A stretch of DNA of 64,000 nt from contig NC_042997.1 of assembly GCF_006345805.1 (NCBI RefSeq), positions 180,420,001 to 180,484,000 of the forward strand, read 5' to 3'. Source of the DNA: Octopus sinensis (lineage: Eukaryota). This document shows positions 26,219 to 38,629 of the stretch, piece by piece. Position numbers and translations under genes: made by a program. Under the pieces are notes generated by a model. The model saw nothing but the letters and a program-made list of their open reading frames with translations, did not search any database and was not told where the DNA came from. Each line of letters starts with the position of its first letter. Position 1 is the first letter of the stretch.

Positions 26219-27502
26219 CGAGGGACGTTCAATAAGTAATGCCCCTGACCCACTTGCAGAGATTTGATCTAGCTGAAATTTTGCATGTGCAAATATTTAT
26301 ATCTCTATAGATTAGGTTGCAAATTACAGCTCTGAACTAATTGTGGTTTCTGATTTGCAGGTGTTTGAACTGAGTCAAGTGTGAAATGGAGCCTATTGAG
26401 TGTCGAGCAGTGATCCGGTTTTTGTATTTGAAAGGACGAACACCAAAGGAGACTGTTGATGAAATGAAAGTAACTTATGGTGATGATGCCCTATCATATG
26501 ACCTTGTAAAACGCTGGCATCGTGAATTCAAACACGGTCGGAACTCTGTGGAAACAGCTCCCAGATTTGGTCACCCCCCTTCTGCCAAGGATGAGGCATC
26601 TGTCCGTCAAGTTGAGGCTGCCATTTTGGAAGATCGACGCATAACTATTCGCCAAATAGCCCATGAGGTCAAGATTAGTACCGGGTCTGTGGAAACTATC
26701 ATTCATGACCATTTGCATATGCAAAAGGTGTCTGCCAGATGGATTCCCAGGTTGCTCACACCCTTCCAGAAGCAAGAACGCGTCTAGTGCTCGAGGATGA
26801 ATTTGGAGATGACCCAAGAAGATGAGTCAAAATTTTTCAAAAGACTGATTACACAGGATGAAACCTGGGTCCATCACTATGATCCAGAGACCAAAGCCCA
26901 GTCAATGCAGTGGAAGCACCGTGACTCACCTCCTCCAAAGAAGGCAAGGGTGCAGCCCTCCGCTGGCAAGGTCATGCTCACAGTCTTCTGGGACCAGGAC
27001 GGAGTAGTGATGAGATTTCCTGGCAAAGGGTACCACAATTACAGGGGCCTATTATGCTTCACTTTTGAGGAAATTAAGAGAGGTTATCAAAATCAAGAGG
27101 CGGGGCAAGATCAGCAAAGGCATCCTCCTCCTGTAGGACAACGCTCCGGTCCACAACTCGCTTGTCGCCAGATCAGAAGCACGGGTGTGCGGCTATGAAC
27201 TCCTCCCCCATCCCCCCTACTCTCCTGACCTTGCACCCTCTGATTTTCGCCTCTTCCCAGCCATGAAGTTGTTTTTGAAAGGAAAGCGTTTCCCAAATGA
27301 TGCAGCCTTGATTTCTGAAGTCACGTCGTGGTTGGAGGACCAAGCTGGGGTCTTCTACAAAAACGGTCTCCAGAGCTGCATCAAATGATGGGAGGAATGC
27401 GTAACTCTGGGTGGCTCCTATGTAGAAAAAGACTAATAACGGTGCCAAGTTTCGTTGTTCTACTGCTATGGGTCAGGGGCATTACTTATTGAACGTCCCT
27501 CA
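26219..27502 (+). mobile_element. Full-length mariner, irritans (Himar1/Hsmar2-like) subfamily, 1284 bp
   Basis: 34-bp TIRs (26219-26252, 27469-27502; only the terminal base differs); TA TSD at 26217-26218 and 27503-27504. Confidence 0.95.
26386..27437 (+). pseudogene. Mariner DD34D transposase with three premature stops and one frameshift
   Basis: WIPRLL, TQDETWVH, DNAP, PHPPYSPDLAPSDF motifs; TAG at 26785, frameshift near 27012, TAG near 27135, TGA at 27386. Confidence 0.95.
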
Positions 27503-28059
27503 TATGTGCATTCCTGATCATGATTAGGAGTAGTGGTGGAGCATCATAGCCATGTGTTGAGAGGGATTGTTTGGGGTTTGAATAGATATCATAACACAAG
27601 CAAAGCTAAATGGGAATATTGGCCATTTTTCATACTTTCTAAGGGTAAGGAAACTGGAAATAACAGTTACTACCCAAAGACAAACATCGTATTACACAAT
27701 GTAATTATTGCGGCATTAAAGTGGACAATAAACTAAGAAACTTATATTGTATTTTCATGAATGTAGTGAATACAAGAAACCAGCATAAGGTATGTTCTAC
27801 GGAAGAAATCGTTACTGAGGGTATGCGGTCTGCAACAGGTCGCTTCTCGCTATATTTTACTGGGTCAAACGTTCAGGTTTATTACAGAAAGGGGGTGTAG
27901 AATTTGGTATCCTTTGATAGAGTGAAACAAAACATTACCCTGCAAAGCACTTAATAACGTACAATTAATCGAATGCAAATGTAACTAACGGAGTCAAAAG
28001 AATTAAATTACCTGCAGGTGATAATTTGTACACAGGTGAAACATATCTTGTTAATGAAT

Positions 28060-28218
28060 GCTGCGAGTTGGCAGAATCATTAGCACACCGGGCTGAAATG
28101 CTCAGCGGCATGTCATCCGTCTTTCCGTTCTGAATTCCAATCCCGTCGAGGTCGACTTTGCCTTTACTGTCGGCACCCCAGCATGACCACAGCCTTAGGG
28201 CTGAAACGTATAAAAGAA
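28060..28218 (+). mobile_element. SINE family B head joined to a CR1-type tail
   Basis: GCGAGTTGGCAGAATCATTAGC head, then GGCACCCCAGCATGACCACAGCC..GCTGAAAC. Confidence 0.8.
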
Positions 28219-29986
28219 TGAATTAACCGACGACTAACCTCCGTACCCCGAATATTAGATTCTAGTTTTCACTTTTTCGAACAAAGGGCATATGCGATTA
28301 TATTTAATCCAGTACTTCACAAGCGAATGTCTTTAACGATTACTGTAAGACGGAAGGTAAACTCGACATCGAAGATATTCGGAATCGTCACATAAATTCT
28401 TCCAACATAATACGACAAATTTCACCCAATGGTTTTCCGATTTTGCCAGCAAAGAGATTTCCCGTTTCTAGCTGTTTAAAATATACAACGTTGAGCAGTA
28501 TAGCGCCAGACATGTACATACAAAAACTAAGTTGATGCTTAAAGACATTAACAAGCACCACTACGCTCTTTGATAAACTGCCATGGAAGGAACAAGTGCA
28601 GAAATATATACATAATCTTATAGACCATTTGCATCTTTGTAGATAAACATCAGACGAACAACTGGCATTAATCTGATATATCAACGAGGTGGATAATATT
28701 ACAACACATATTGTAATGCTCATAGAAGGAAGAAAAAACCAGCAATGATAACATGAAAGAGATAAAAGAATATAAAATGCATGGTTTGTATAGGAAAATA
28801 TATACATATATTGTAGACGGAGAGAGCATTAATACATACAGAAAAAGAAAAATGTGCATAAGTATCATGACATACATGGATGCACATATTCATAAATACA
28901 TACACATATCACTTTACGTGTGTATTTGTGTGTGTGTGTGTATGTGCATATGTGTGTGCGTGTTATTCTAAACTATGTTTATATGTCTGTATAAGTAAAC
29001 ATATATATGCCTTGCTTGTGCTTGTATATGTTGAACACAAGGATGTCTCTGTGATTAGGAATTTTGCGACGATATCATAAGCTTGCTGTTTTGATTATTA
29101 ATTATAGTTCATGGAGAGGTGAAATCAGCATAGTCTCTGAAAATGAATTTGAGATGAAACTTGTAGAGGAACCAAACGGATTAATTTCTATTACAAATCA
29201 ACGATGCAAGCTTGTCAAAACTTGCTGTCGCGTTGACTTTAGCTGAGAGTTAGGTTATGGGTACATGTATCCTGGGTGACGCTCATCTTCTTCGCATCCT
29301 GATTCAATGATTTTTGCTATCGACAGTTGTAGAACTGGATGTGCTTTTCCTGTCAACTTACAAACGTTAGTATGCCTCAAACGTTTGTACTAACCTGTAC
29401 CGTCATATACATATCGTCTCTATATATACACTCCATATATGTACACATATTTTTGTTTACGTGCGTGTGTGCACGTGTGAATGTACACATATGTATGTAT
29501 ACATATACATGCACATAGGTAAGGCTATGTAAGTACTATGGAAGGACCGTAGTTAAACTCTCGGTTCGATAATCATACGAGTGAGGAGTCTAATGCGGAT
29601 CTTTTATAGGCATGTATATGTTAAGTAAAATGAGACAACAAAGGCAAGGCTGTGTGGAATTTTCGGGAGATTTATAAAGAGAAAGTTAGTCTTATAGCTG
29701 TTTCTGGAATATTGGGGATATCCCTTCATCAGAGACAATGTGAGATGATGAAATAGAGGGAAATACTAGAGTTCAATATATGGTGTTCTTTTGGAAAAAA
29801 ATGGAAATAAGAAGTGTAAAGTAAATCCGGAAAATAAAAATATATGTAGGATGATATTGTTGTAGTTCCATTATCCAAGGAAAGTGGTGTGTAGAAATTG
29901 TATAAATGTTTCTTGTCCACTCTCCTTGGATAATGGTACTACAATTATAACATCATACATATATGTTTATTTTTTCTTTATACATT

Positions 29987-30309
29987 GGCGTAAGAGTGGC
30001 TGAGTGGTAAGTAGTTTGCTTACAAATCACATGGCTCCGGATTCAGTCCTGTATGTATGTATGTATGCATGCATGCATGCATGTATGTATGTATGTATGT
30101 ATGTTTTTGTGTCTGCTTGTCCCCCCAAAATCGCTTGACAACCGATGCTGTTCTGTTTACGTCCCCGTAACCTAGCGATTCGGCAAAAGATATCGAGAGA
30201 ATAAGTATTAGGCTTACAAAAAATAAGTCCCGGGGTCGATTTGTTCGATCGACTAAAGGCGGTGCTCCGGCATGGCCACAGTCAGATGACTGAAACAAGT
30301 AAAAAGAGT
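29987..30309 (+). mobile_element. SINE family A with internal deletion and TATG repeat
   Basis: Same head and 3' half as the 25548 and 47638 copies. Confidence 0.9.
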
Positions 30310-30587
30310 ATTGAAGCTTAACGTCACTGGCAAAACGGCACACAATGCCTGCAAGCAACTGCTACCTATTTCGAATAAGAGGTGGGTGATAATATCAGTA
30401 ATCATGGATACTTTGGAACTGAAATGTTATTAATGAAGAGACAATTTGTTTGTTTTTGTAGGGGGTCGGTGTTTTGCTGAGTTAATGCAAGTGCACACGT
30501 GTGGACACTTGTTTTTGCTTCAGTACTTATCATAAGTAATGCAAATGTTCTACCTGTATTAAGTCGATCGGAATATTCTATTTTCAG

Positions 30588-30695
30588 GTTTTATGAAAGG
30601 CAATTTTTATATAAACAAGAATTAAATTATGACAAACACGAATATGGACAAAAGCTGCAAAGAACCGATGATCCAAAATATATGGCTGCGTACTG
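30588..30695 (+). CDS. Candidate exon (108 nt, phase 2-2): FYERQFLYKQELNYDKHEYGQKLQRTDDPKYMAAY
   Basis: Acceptor TATTCTATTTTCAG, donor CTG|GTGAGC, length divisible by 3, only one frame fully open. Protein not recognised. Confidence 0.45.
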
Positions 30696-30953
30696 GTGAG
30701 CGAATACTATATTGAAGCTTTTACTCAATTACTGTTTTTGTTACTGAAGAGGTGTGAAAGAATCTATAGCATTTTAATGTTACTCATACAAAACTACAGG
30801 GCTAAACTGTAGTGTTGTACTTCAGTGGGATTTGTTTGGTCAGTAGAGGTTCTAGATTTATTATATCCTCTTCTCAAAAAATACGATTTCTGCAATGCAG
30901 AACTTCACTGCAGTTAAGTGCAGTATTAGGAGATGTTAAATATCATTTTGCAG

Positions 30954-30976
30954 ATATACCTCCATCGTCTGCAATG
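30954..30976 (+). CDS. Candidate 23-nt micro-exon (coding status uncertain)
   Basis: Acceptor TATCATTTTGCAG, donor ATG|GTATGT. Confidence 0.4.
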
Positions 30977-31857
30977 GTATGTTGAAACTAAAGCGATTGC
31001 AGCGCGGAAGACATAAGTTAGTCATTCATATACGCACAAATACCATTAACTTCATTTATACATTTATTTCTAATATGGTGTCAAAATTTTCGTCGTACGA
31101 AACTGCATCCCGATCGCTGGCAAAATATTATGCTGCATCCCCTATAATTAATATTGAATTATTACTATTAAATAGTATTCATAAATAATATTTCAGATGA
31201 GAACCAAAACATAAACGCTTCGATAACTCAAAAGCATATCAATAAAAAGAAGTGCAGTAATGTGCATCAAATCAAATTTGTAACTTGGCAATCTTTCCTG
31301 AATCAATCAAAGGCGTGATGTGTCATACAAGGGAGGGAGCAAGTATTTATCAACTATTACTTAATGATTAAGCATTGCATTCCAGTTAAATCTTGTTGTC
31401 TCTAATTCTCTCAAGCTCTGTATTTATATATTTCACAATATATATGCTATGGCATTTGTGTTTTCTATTGATACTACAATATCCTCCTTACACCCTATCG
31501 TTGTTCTTGTTGTGGCGATACTGCATAGACCTATTTAAGCATTTAACAATAAAACATCAAAGTGAGTTATAGATGTTTAGACAATACACAATTAAAAATA
31601 TACAAACATGATGTACAAGGCAAAAACTGTTAACAATTGAAACAAGCATGCACTTTCACATGCACAGCCGAATGTCCTTTGTATAACAAATATCTTTTAA
31701 ATGATCTGGTTTACACAGCGGTTGTTTTAGATAACGAAACGAAAGGAAAATATATCATCCTAACCGAAAATCTTAGTAAAGCTTGATTTTCACTGTGCAT
31801 TACATGATTAGACATATTGAGACTCGTAACTGATTCTTGCTTTCCTATTCTATCTAG

Positions 31858-31929
31858 AATTTATGGGATCGTGGAACCAATGCTGCCGCAGGGAGCTGAA
31901 GTATTTTCGCAAAGGCATATTTAAATAAT
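31858..31929 (+). CDS. Candidate terminal exon start: (E)FMGSWNQCCRRELKYFRKGIFK* in phase 1
   Basis: Strong acceptor TAACTGATTCTTGCTTTCCTATTCTATCTAG; frame assignment is inference. Confidence 0.35.
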
Positions 31930-34399
31930 GACAATGTTTAACGTTGCAAAACAATTCCAATACCTCCCCCCCCCCACCAAATATTCCCCAAACTGGCGTT
32001 ATTCCTGAACCTCCTGCAGAAGAATAAAGAGAACTTTCTCTTCTTTCACTTATCAAGCCATTCAAGCACTGAGTATTCGCATTCTCAGAACTAATTTGCC
32101 AGCTATTTACTTAATTATTCATACCGTACGGCCTAGACTCCCCCACGAAATAACATGTTTATTCTCACTGCTCACGCTAGAGCAGCACATAACATTCAGT
32201 AAATTCCAAATGTCAATACACAATGCCACCATTTCTCTTCATTCCTTCCAATTATCATAGTGTTACGCACAATCCAAGCAACATACACATTGTCTTACCA
32301 GTTGCTCACAAGAGAACTGTTCCTGTTGTTTTTATTGAAAACAAACAATCATCCTACTATATTGCGTTGCGTTTCTATGACATTGCTACACAAGGTATAA
32401 GCCGTCATGAAATCAATTACCACTTACAGAATAGGGAACACCAAAGATACACGAAAGTAAGCTTCGAATAATCTCTAACTTTATTCAAAACAAAAATCAT
32501 ATCCACACACAATAGTAACATTTTTGTTGTTTTGTTTTTTTGTTAATAAGGCACTATAAGCAATTGAAAATATTTGAGGAGCCAAAAAGGAACAGTTTAT
32601 TAATTTAGAATTATAATTAAAATCTTAAAAAAACGTTACGACAATTGTAAAACAACATTACAAAAACTTCCAGCATTTCAAGAAATTAAATTATGTATGT
32701 AGTAAACTCTCAAAATATAACAAAACAAGAAACACTAGCAGCGAAACAATCCACACGAACAAGAAATTATACCCACAATAACAAATATAAATATTCCGCT
32801 AGTCACTTTTATCAGCCCTTGCCTGATGACCGCTAGGGCAAAAAACTCGATACGTGCGACATATACTGTGTTTTAATAAACCATATACTTCACATCACAT
32901 ATTCTTTCGACACAATCCAGTGATTATGTATTGAAACGTATATGATTGTGTATGTCCTTGTGTATATGAATATGTGCTTCTTTGCAAGTACGTGTGTACA
33001 AGTATGTCTTGACTTTCGAACATAGGAATTCCTTAATGCATTATTCATATAAAATCATATTTCTAAATCTGAAAATGATGAAAAGCTTTGTAGCTTTTTA
33101 ATAGATATTTTGCCCAAGGAAATAATATTATTCAAATATGCAACTTGCTTGCCTATCTATTTTAAATGTAGTAAATATTACCCAGAAATAAAGTAAGCAA
33201 GAACTAGATGACTTCCTACAGTCTATATAGAGTTAAATTCGTTTTGTTTTTAGCCTGTTATTTCTTATATTTTTTTCTTCCAAATTCGTATTTACATAGC
33301 TGCTTAAAAAAGCAGAAAATAATTCTAGAAACTATTTTGAACAAAAGGATAATTTGAACGTGTTTTTGAGAACATGGAAAAACTATGTATGTATGTAGAT
33401 CTTATTACATACTTTCTAAATGATTGTCATTATTTCAATATATAATGTTGAGAATCTAAATAACAGAAACTGAATTTTTCAAATAAAATTTAGTATTAGA
33501 AAATATACCATAAAAATAAAGCATTCTATTTTTACAATTTATATTACATCCTATTTAAAACCATAGCACATATAAAATGTTTGCTCTATTTTACTAATTT
33601 GCAATGTAAAAATATATAACAGGGAAAGTTTTTTAATTTTTCGAAGACTTGCCAACAAGTATGTACAAATATATTTAATGAAGGAGTAAAGGAAAAAATG
33701 TTTTTCCCAAATAATACTGATATGTGTTAAAATACGATCGCATTATCGAATGTAACAATATTCAGCGAATGGAAATAATGGAAACTGCATGAAGCTGACT
33801 ATCACGCATCCGAATAATGCCCAAACGCTTTAGTGGCCTTCTTAATGAAGGCTGTATATGATGAAGAGAAAAGGAATGATGAAAAGTACAGAAGATTGCT
33901 AATACCGTATATTGTAGAGAGATTTTATTATTATAGTTAGAAAAAATAAGAATTATATGTAAAGACACTGCATTCAATACGTCAAGCTCATCTTTAACAT
34001 ACAAAGAGCCAATCAATAATTTGAAAACTTTCTAAAGCATGAGATGTTATTTATTTCAATTTGGGTATCTTTCCTGCAGTAATGTGTTGTTTGCTGTCAT
34101 TGAATAAGAATATGCGTGTGGATATATGAGTGTGGAGCTGCATATATGTGTGTGTGTATGCATGTTTGTATACATGTATGTGTCATGAGTAATGAGCGTC
34201 TGTAGCTTTGAAGAGTAACCGCACCTAGACACTTGGCGTACAGTCCATGGGCTTTAATCTACATATACATGTACATAATAATGTATATTTTATGTGACTT
34301 CTATATCCACAATATCTGCCGAAAGCCGACATGTGTAATGTACAATGTTGCATAACTTGCTTCAACCAACGGTTATTGTTTTGTTAGGGGCCTGGTGAG

Positions 34400-37300
34400 T
34401 CATATCAGCATCAATGAGAGGTATCTCGAAAGCCTGCAAGTTTTGCAAATCTTATAGAGACGGAGCACTAGTCGGGGAGTACGTTATGTGAAACCACAAT
34501 TTGAAGAACAATAGTGAGATTGAAACTGGAGCTTTTGCTGAGAGTTTTATCTTCTCAGATGCTCAACACAGTCCGCATCATCTTCTTGGTACTGCTTAGC
34601 AAAAAGATAAGTAGACAAACATCAGCATGTTAGTAATAGAAATTTTCTGTAATAAATGAACCAAATAAAAGAATATTCTAGAAAAGAATTCTAGCTTGTT
34701 AGATGGAACGTCATCGAAATATTTATACACTGTGAACAGCAGCTCCTACGTCATGTATTGTGTGTGAGAGATGGGGAATTCTTCCTTTCTCTTAGAAATT
34801 GAACAAATACTGAGAAAAATCAAGCAAAAATTGGACAAAATTCAGTTGATGAAAGCCAGTTGCAGTACAATGAATCGGGTGACAAATATCATAGCTAACC
34901 AGAATAATATAATCCCTGCATTTGAAGTAATAAAAAGCAGCGGGAACAGGCAAGAGAGAAATGACTTTGATGTGGACAACCTTGATGATGGTGAAGAAGA
35001 GAGTCTTGAAAAATGGAGGCAGGAAATGAAGGAATCAGCAGCTACACAGTCGGTTAATTTAGTAGCAGTGTATTGAACTAGGTTTCAGAAAGAACATCAA
35101 AATTGAAATGTGTGATTGCTTAACTGTGAAAACACTAGATGTACCGACACATTGACATTAGTGATTGCTTATTTCGTTGGATCAATGTTGAAAACTAAAA
35201 GTAAAAAAGGAAGGCCAGCAGGTATCGTCGTATAAAAGGTGGATGTTAATGAAATATATGAATAAGCGAACAGGATCTATGAAAGCAGAGTAAATTAAAG
35301 AAGGAGAGAATCGGATTGGAAGGAAAGTGTTGCATAAGATGAAAAAGGGATTGCAACAACAGTCGAAGAACTAAAGCAGAGTGCAAGCGTGAAAGCTACC
35401 AAAATTAAGAACTATGATGCCTCAAACAATGTAAGCATTAACGCCTTTTTCAATCAAACCAGAAAAATATATTTGATGTACGAGATGGAAATGAGAGAAA
35501 TGGTAACGTCAGATTGAATACAGAATTCAAATTATTTGGTAGAAGTATATGGAAACGAATGCCAAGTGCAATATCAAATCGCAGCAGTTAAAACAAAAGG
35601 AAAATTACATTAAAAATTCAGAAGCTAAGAAAGGGTTTACCTTTACGAAAGCAAATTATTCGAGAGTAATATTAAGATGGCAGGAAAGTAGTAAAATAAA
35701 GGAACTAAACTTACGCAAAGGGATTTATTGCAAATGTTTATGAAACTAAATGAGTAAATATAAAAGGGAAATGAACCACCATACAAAAGAAACGTTAGAA
35801 CGTGTCTAATTAATGCGACCAAAAATTACCAATCAATTGCATGTCTAACACTTATGTGAACATTTCTAAGTTACCTAACTTATATAATTGCAGAAACAGT
35901 ATACTAATAGCAGTATGAAAAATACATTATATGCAATGAGGAGAAAGGCTATGCGGAAATTAGCATAGGAACGGGACAGCAGTTATTGATCGATATTACT
36001 GCAAGGATTGGTAAATTTATGTACTGCGTATTTCGATTACAGAAAAGCATATGGCATAGTCACATACTCGTGGGTCAAGCAGGGATTAAAACTGCTCTAA
36101 ACAGTGAAATGATGATAGATGCCTGTTGGAAAATGCAATGCGATATTGGAGAACAGAGGTAATATTTTGTATGGAAATAGTGATAGATATGTAGATCAGA
36201 AGACGTGACTTTTTAAGAGATGGCTTCTATTCTGTTTCATTTGTAACCATACTGATTCAATTGTCGATTATACTAAAGGAAGCTATGAAAGGATATTCGC
36301 AGACAAAGAATAAAAGGACGAGGAATCATCTATTTTTGAATGATTTAAAGAAATATCACAAAACTAATATAGACTAGAATGCATACTGTAATCCGTCCAA
36401 ATATTTAGAAATAACATTAAGAAACGAAAGATATGCTAAGATGTAGAAGAAGAATGGAAGTATCATAAACATTAATGGAATATATTTATCAGATAAAGTG
36501 AATATAAAAATCATACAAAATAGAAAAAACAGCATATAATTGTGTTTGGATACTAGGAAGTAATCAAACCAAACGTATAGAAATGTATGAAATCTCCAAC
36601 AAAGTCAATTTTTCAAAATTAAAAAAAAAATCACAATTTAAATAAAACGCAGGCAATTTCATAAAAGCACTCAACTTGAGAGCAATATCGCTAATAAGGT
36701 ATGGAGAAGCAATCAGATATTATTGAATGAAGGAAAGATGAACTGGGAACTATTCAGGGGAAAACGAGGGGGATTTTATCAAGCATTAAAGCATCCATTC
36801 ACAACCAGATGAAAGCAGTTATACTGGGAAAGAGGAAAGTGACGGCGGATTGGGAGTTAATTAGTGTTGAAGAAATGATAGAACAATAGAAACAAGTCTA
36901 GGGTTTTATTGAGGACAGGAATCCCCACCCTCATTAAGGAGGTAATACTTCAAAGCCTACTAACAGAATTTGTAGAGCCCCAAAATTGAAAGCATGAAAA
37001 ATTGGGGGAAAGAAAGAAAACCTTTGCAGAAAAGATGCTTTATGCAGGACTTTTCAAAAACTATAAAAGAAATTTGGTATGACAAGGTCATTTGGCTTTA
37101 ATTAAACAGAAGAGTATTGGAGTTAGAAATAATATAAAGGTAACCAGATATGATAGATCAGCGGGACTGTTCCTCCAAATAGGAGAATGTGCAATGATTC
37201 AGATAAGATTAGAAGTGAATTGAAATCTCGTCAGTTAGCTAAGGATGAATGCAAAAATGTAGGCATTACAAAACTGCTGCGATAATTCATGACATTTTAT

Positions 37301-37610
37301 TCCCGCGATATTTGATGTTATATGCACAGAAAAGAGTTAAGTAAAAGAATTGAACGAAAAGCAGACTGTCATACTGACTTGAAATATGAAATCCACAATT
37401 GTTGGAACAAAGAATCGACAGAATTATAATCCTGTTGATAATCACTGGAGCCTGTGATGAAGAATTTCAGAACAAATATTTGAAATTAGACGTTAATCTA
37501 AGAGTACGTGCAGTGCTGAAAAAAAGGGTAATTTTTCACGTCCTTGATCATAAGTTATTGATCGATGTGGAATATTATTAAACCTGTTACAAAACCAAAA
37601 CCATATAACA
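34400..37610 (+). mobile_element. Old, heavily degenerate R4/Dong-clade LINE, near full length
   Basis: Scattered in-order motifs: EELKQ, NYQSIACL, EEKG..GT.QQLLID, DYRKAY.IV..SW, GRGRRGLI-like, and an RLE-end-like IITGAC; ends in (AAC)/(AAT)n. 5' boundary approximate. Confidence 0.7.
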
Positions 37611-37611
37611 G

Positions 37612-37650
37612 AATAACAACAACAACAAAAATAGCAACAACAACAATAGC

Positions 37651-37725
<75 letters not shown>
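37612..37725. repeat. (AAC)n/(AAT)n array
   Basis: Direct reading. Confidence 0.95.
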
Positions 37726-37727
<2 letters not shown>

Positions 37728-38040
37728 TAGAGTACCAGCGATTGTAGGATCTCTAGGAATGATTAAAAAAAGGTACTGAAACCTATTTGAAAATGATACC
37801 AGGCTTACTATCCCTACAGGAAGTTAAAAAAATCTTAACTGCAACGACTCATGTACGAGAAGGGCATTATCGCTGTGAAAACAACATGCATTCATGAATT
37901 TATTTATTTATTATTTTTTTTAAATATATATTTTACCTATGAATTTACGTGTGTAATCTGGGAATGCATACAATGAGCGCCTCTGCCCTAGGTGTACGGA
38001 AATCACTTGCCGATAACCAGAAGAAAATTTGAAGGAATAT
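37726..38040 (+). mobile_element. 5'-truncated R4/Dong-clade LINE 3' end
   Basis: VPAIVGSLGMIKKG..YLKMIPGLLSLQEVKK..RRALSL* followed by a 3' UTR and an (AAT)n tail; (AAT)n on both sides. Confidence 0.8.
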
Positions 38041-38044
38041 AATC

Positions 38045-38105
<61 letters not shown>

Positions 38106-38106
<1 letters not shown>

Positions 38107-38548
38107 TCTGCTCAATACCACAGATCTGCTTGTCAGTTGTTTGACCTGATCGAGTTGATCATGTCCCTTAGTGGTTGACGATATGTGCATCTCTGATCAC
38201 GAGCAGAAGTAGTGGGGGAGCATCATAGCCATGTGTTGAGAGGGATTCTTTGGGGTTTGAATAATTCACCTCCGGAAACATGGGTGGTTCTTTCAACATC
38301 CTTAAACAACCCTTATTCAAGGACCTTTTGAGTGGGATGGTCTACTCAACCTGAAGAAAATTCTAACTGGGCCCCACCTGCAAGGTCATGTGCTGTTTAT
38401 CTTGATATGAGATCACCATGTCGCGCACATATGGTTGTGATGCATGTGCCTGGTGTACCCTTATCAGACGGGTAGTCATGATGGGTATATTGGGCTTCGT
38501 ATATTTTACCCCAGTGTCACTTTGATGACATGCACTGCTCTCTCACTC
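38106..38548 (+). mobile_element. 5'-truncated copy of the AAT-tailed non-coding retroelement
   Basis: About 96% identical by eye to 43207-43648; flanked by (AAT)n at 38041-38105 and 38549-38625. Confidence 0.9.
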
Positions 38549-38613
<65 letters not shown>

Positions 38614-38629
38614 TAATAATGAACAATAA

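Larger units (their letters stand above)
26135..27570 (+). mobile_element. Partial older copy of the AAT-tailed non-coding element, split by a mariner
   Basis: 26135-26218 and 27503-27570 rejoin into the CCCTTAG..GCTGAC.ATATGTGCAT..GAGCATCATAGCCATGTGTTGAGAGGGATT sequence of the 38106 and 43093 copies. Confidence 0.8.

Noticed and set aside
31972-32010. AGGSGITP motif (FNR-family NAD-binding loop) in the minus-strand ORF 31850-32065
   Set aside because: No flanking FNR-like sequence or other domain exons were found, the donor (GTGGGG) is weak, and it overlaps the better-supported plus-strand region.
32826-32860. SECIS-like ATGAC...AAA...CGAC
   Set aside because: The upper stem pairs poorly (about three pairs before mismatches).
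34411-34434. Hammerhead-like ATGA-GAG-GTAT-CTC-GAAA near the 5' end of the old R4/Dong LINE
   Set aside because: The CUG of the core is missing and no stem I/III or cleavage triplet could be placed.
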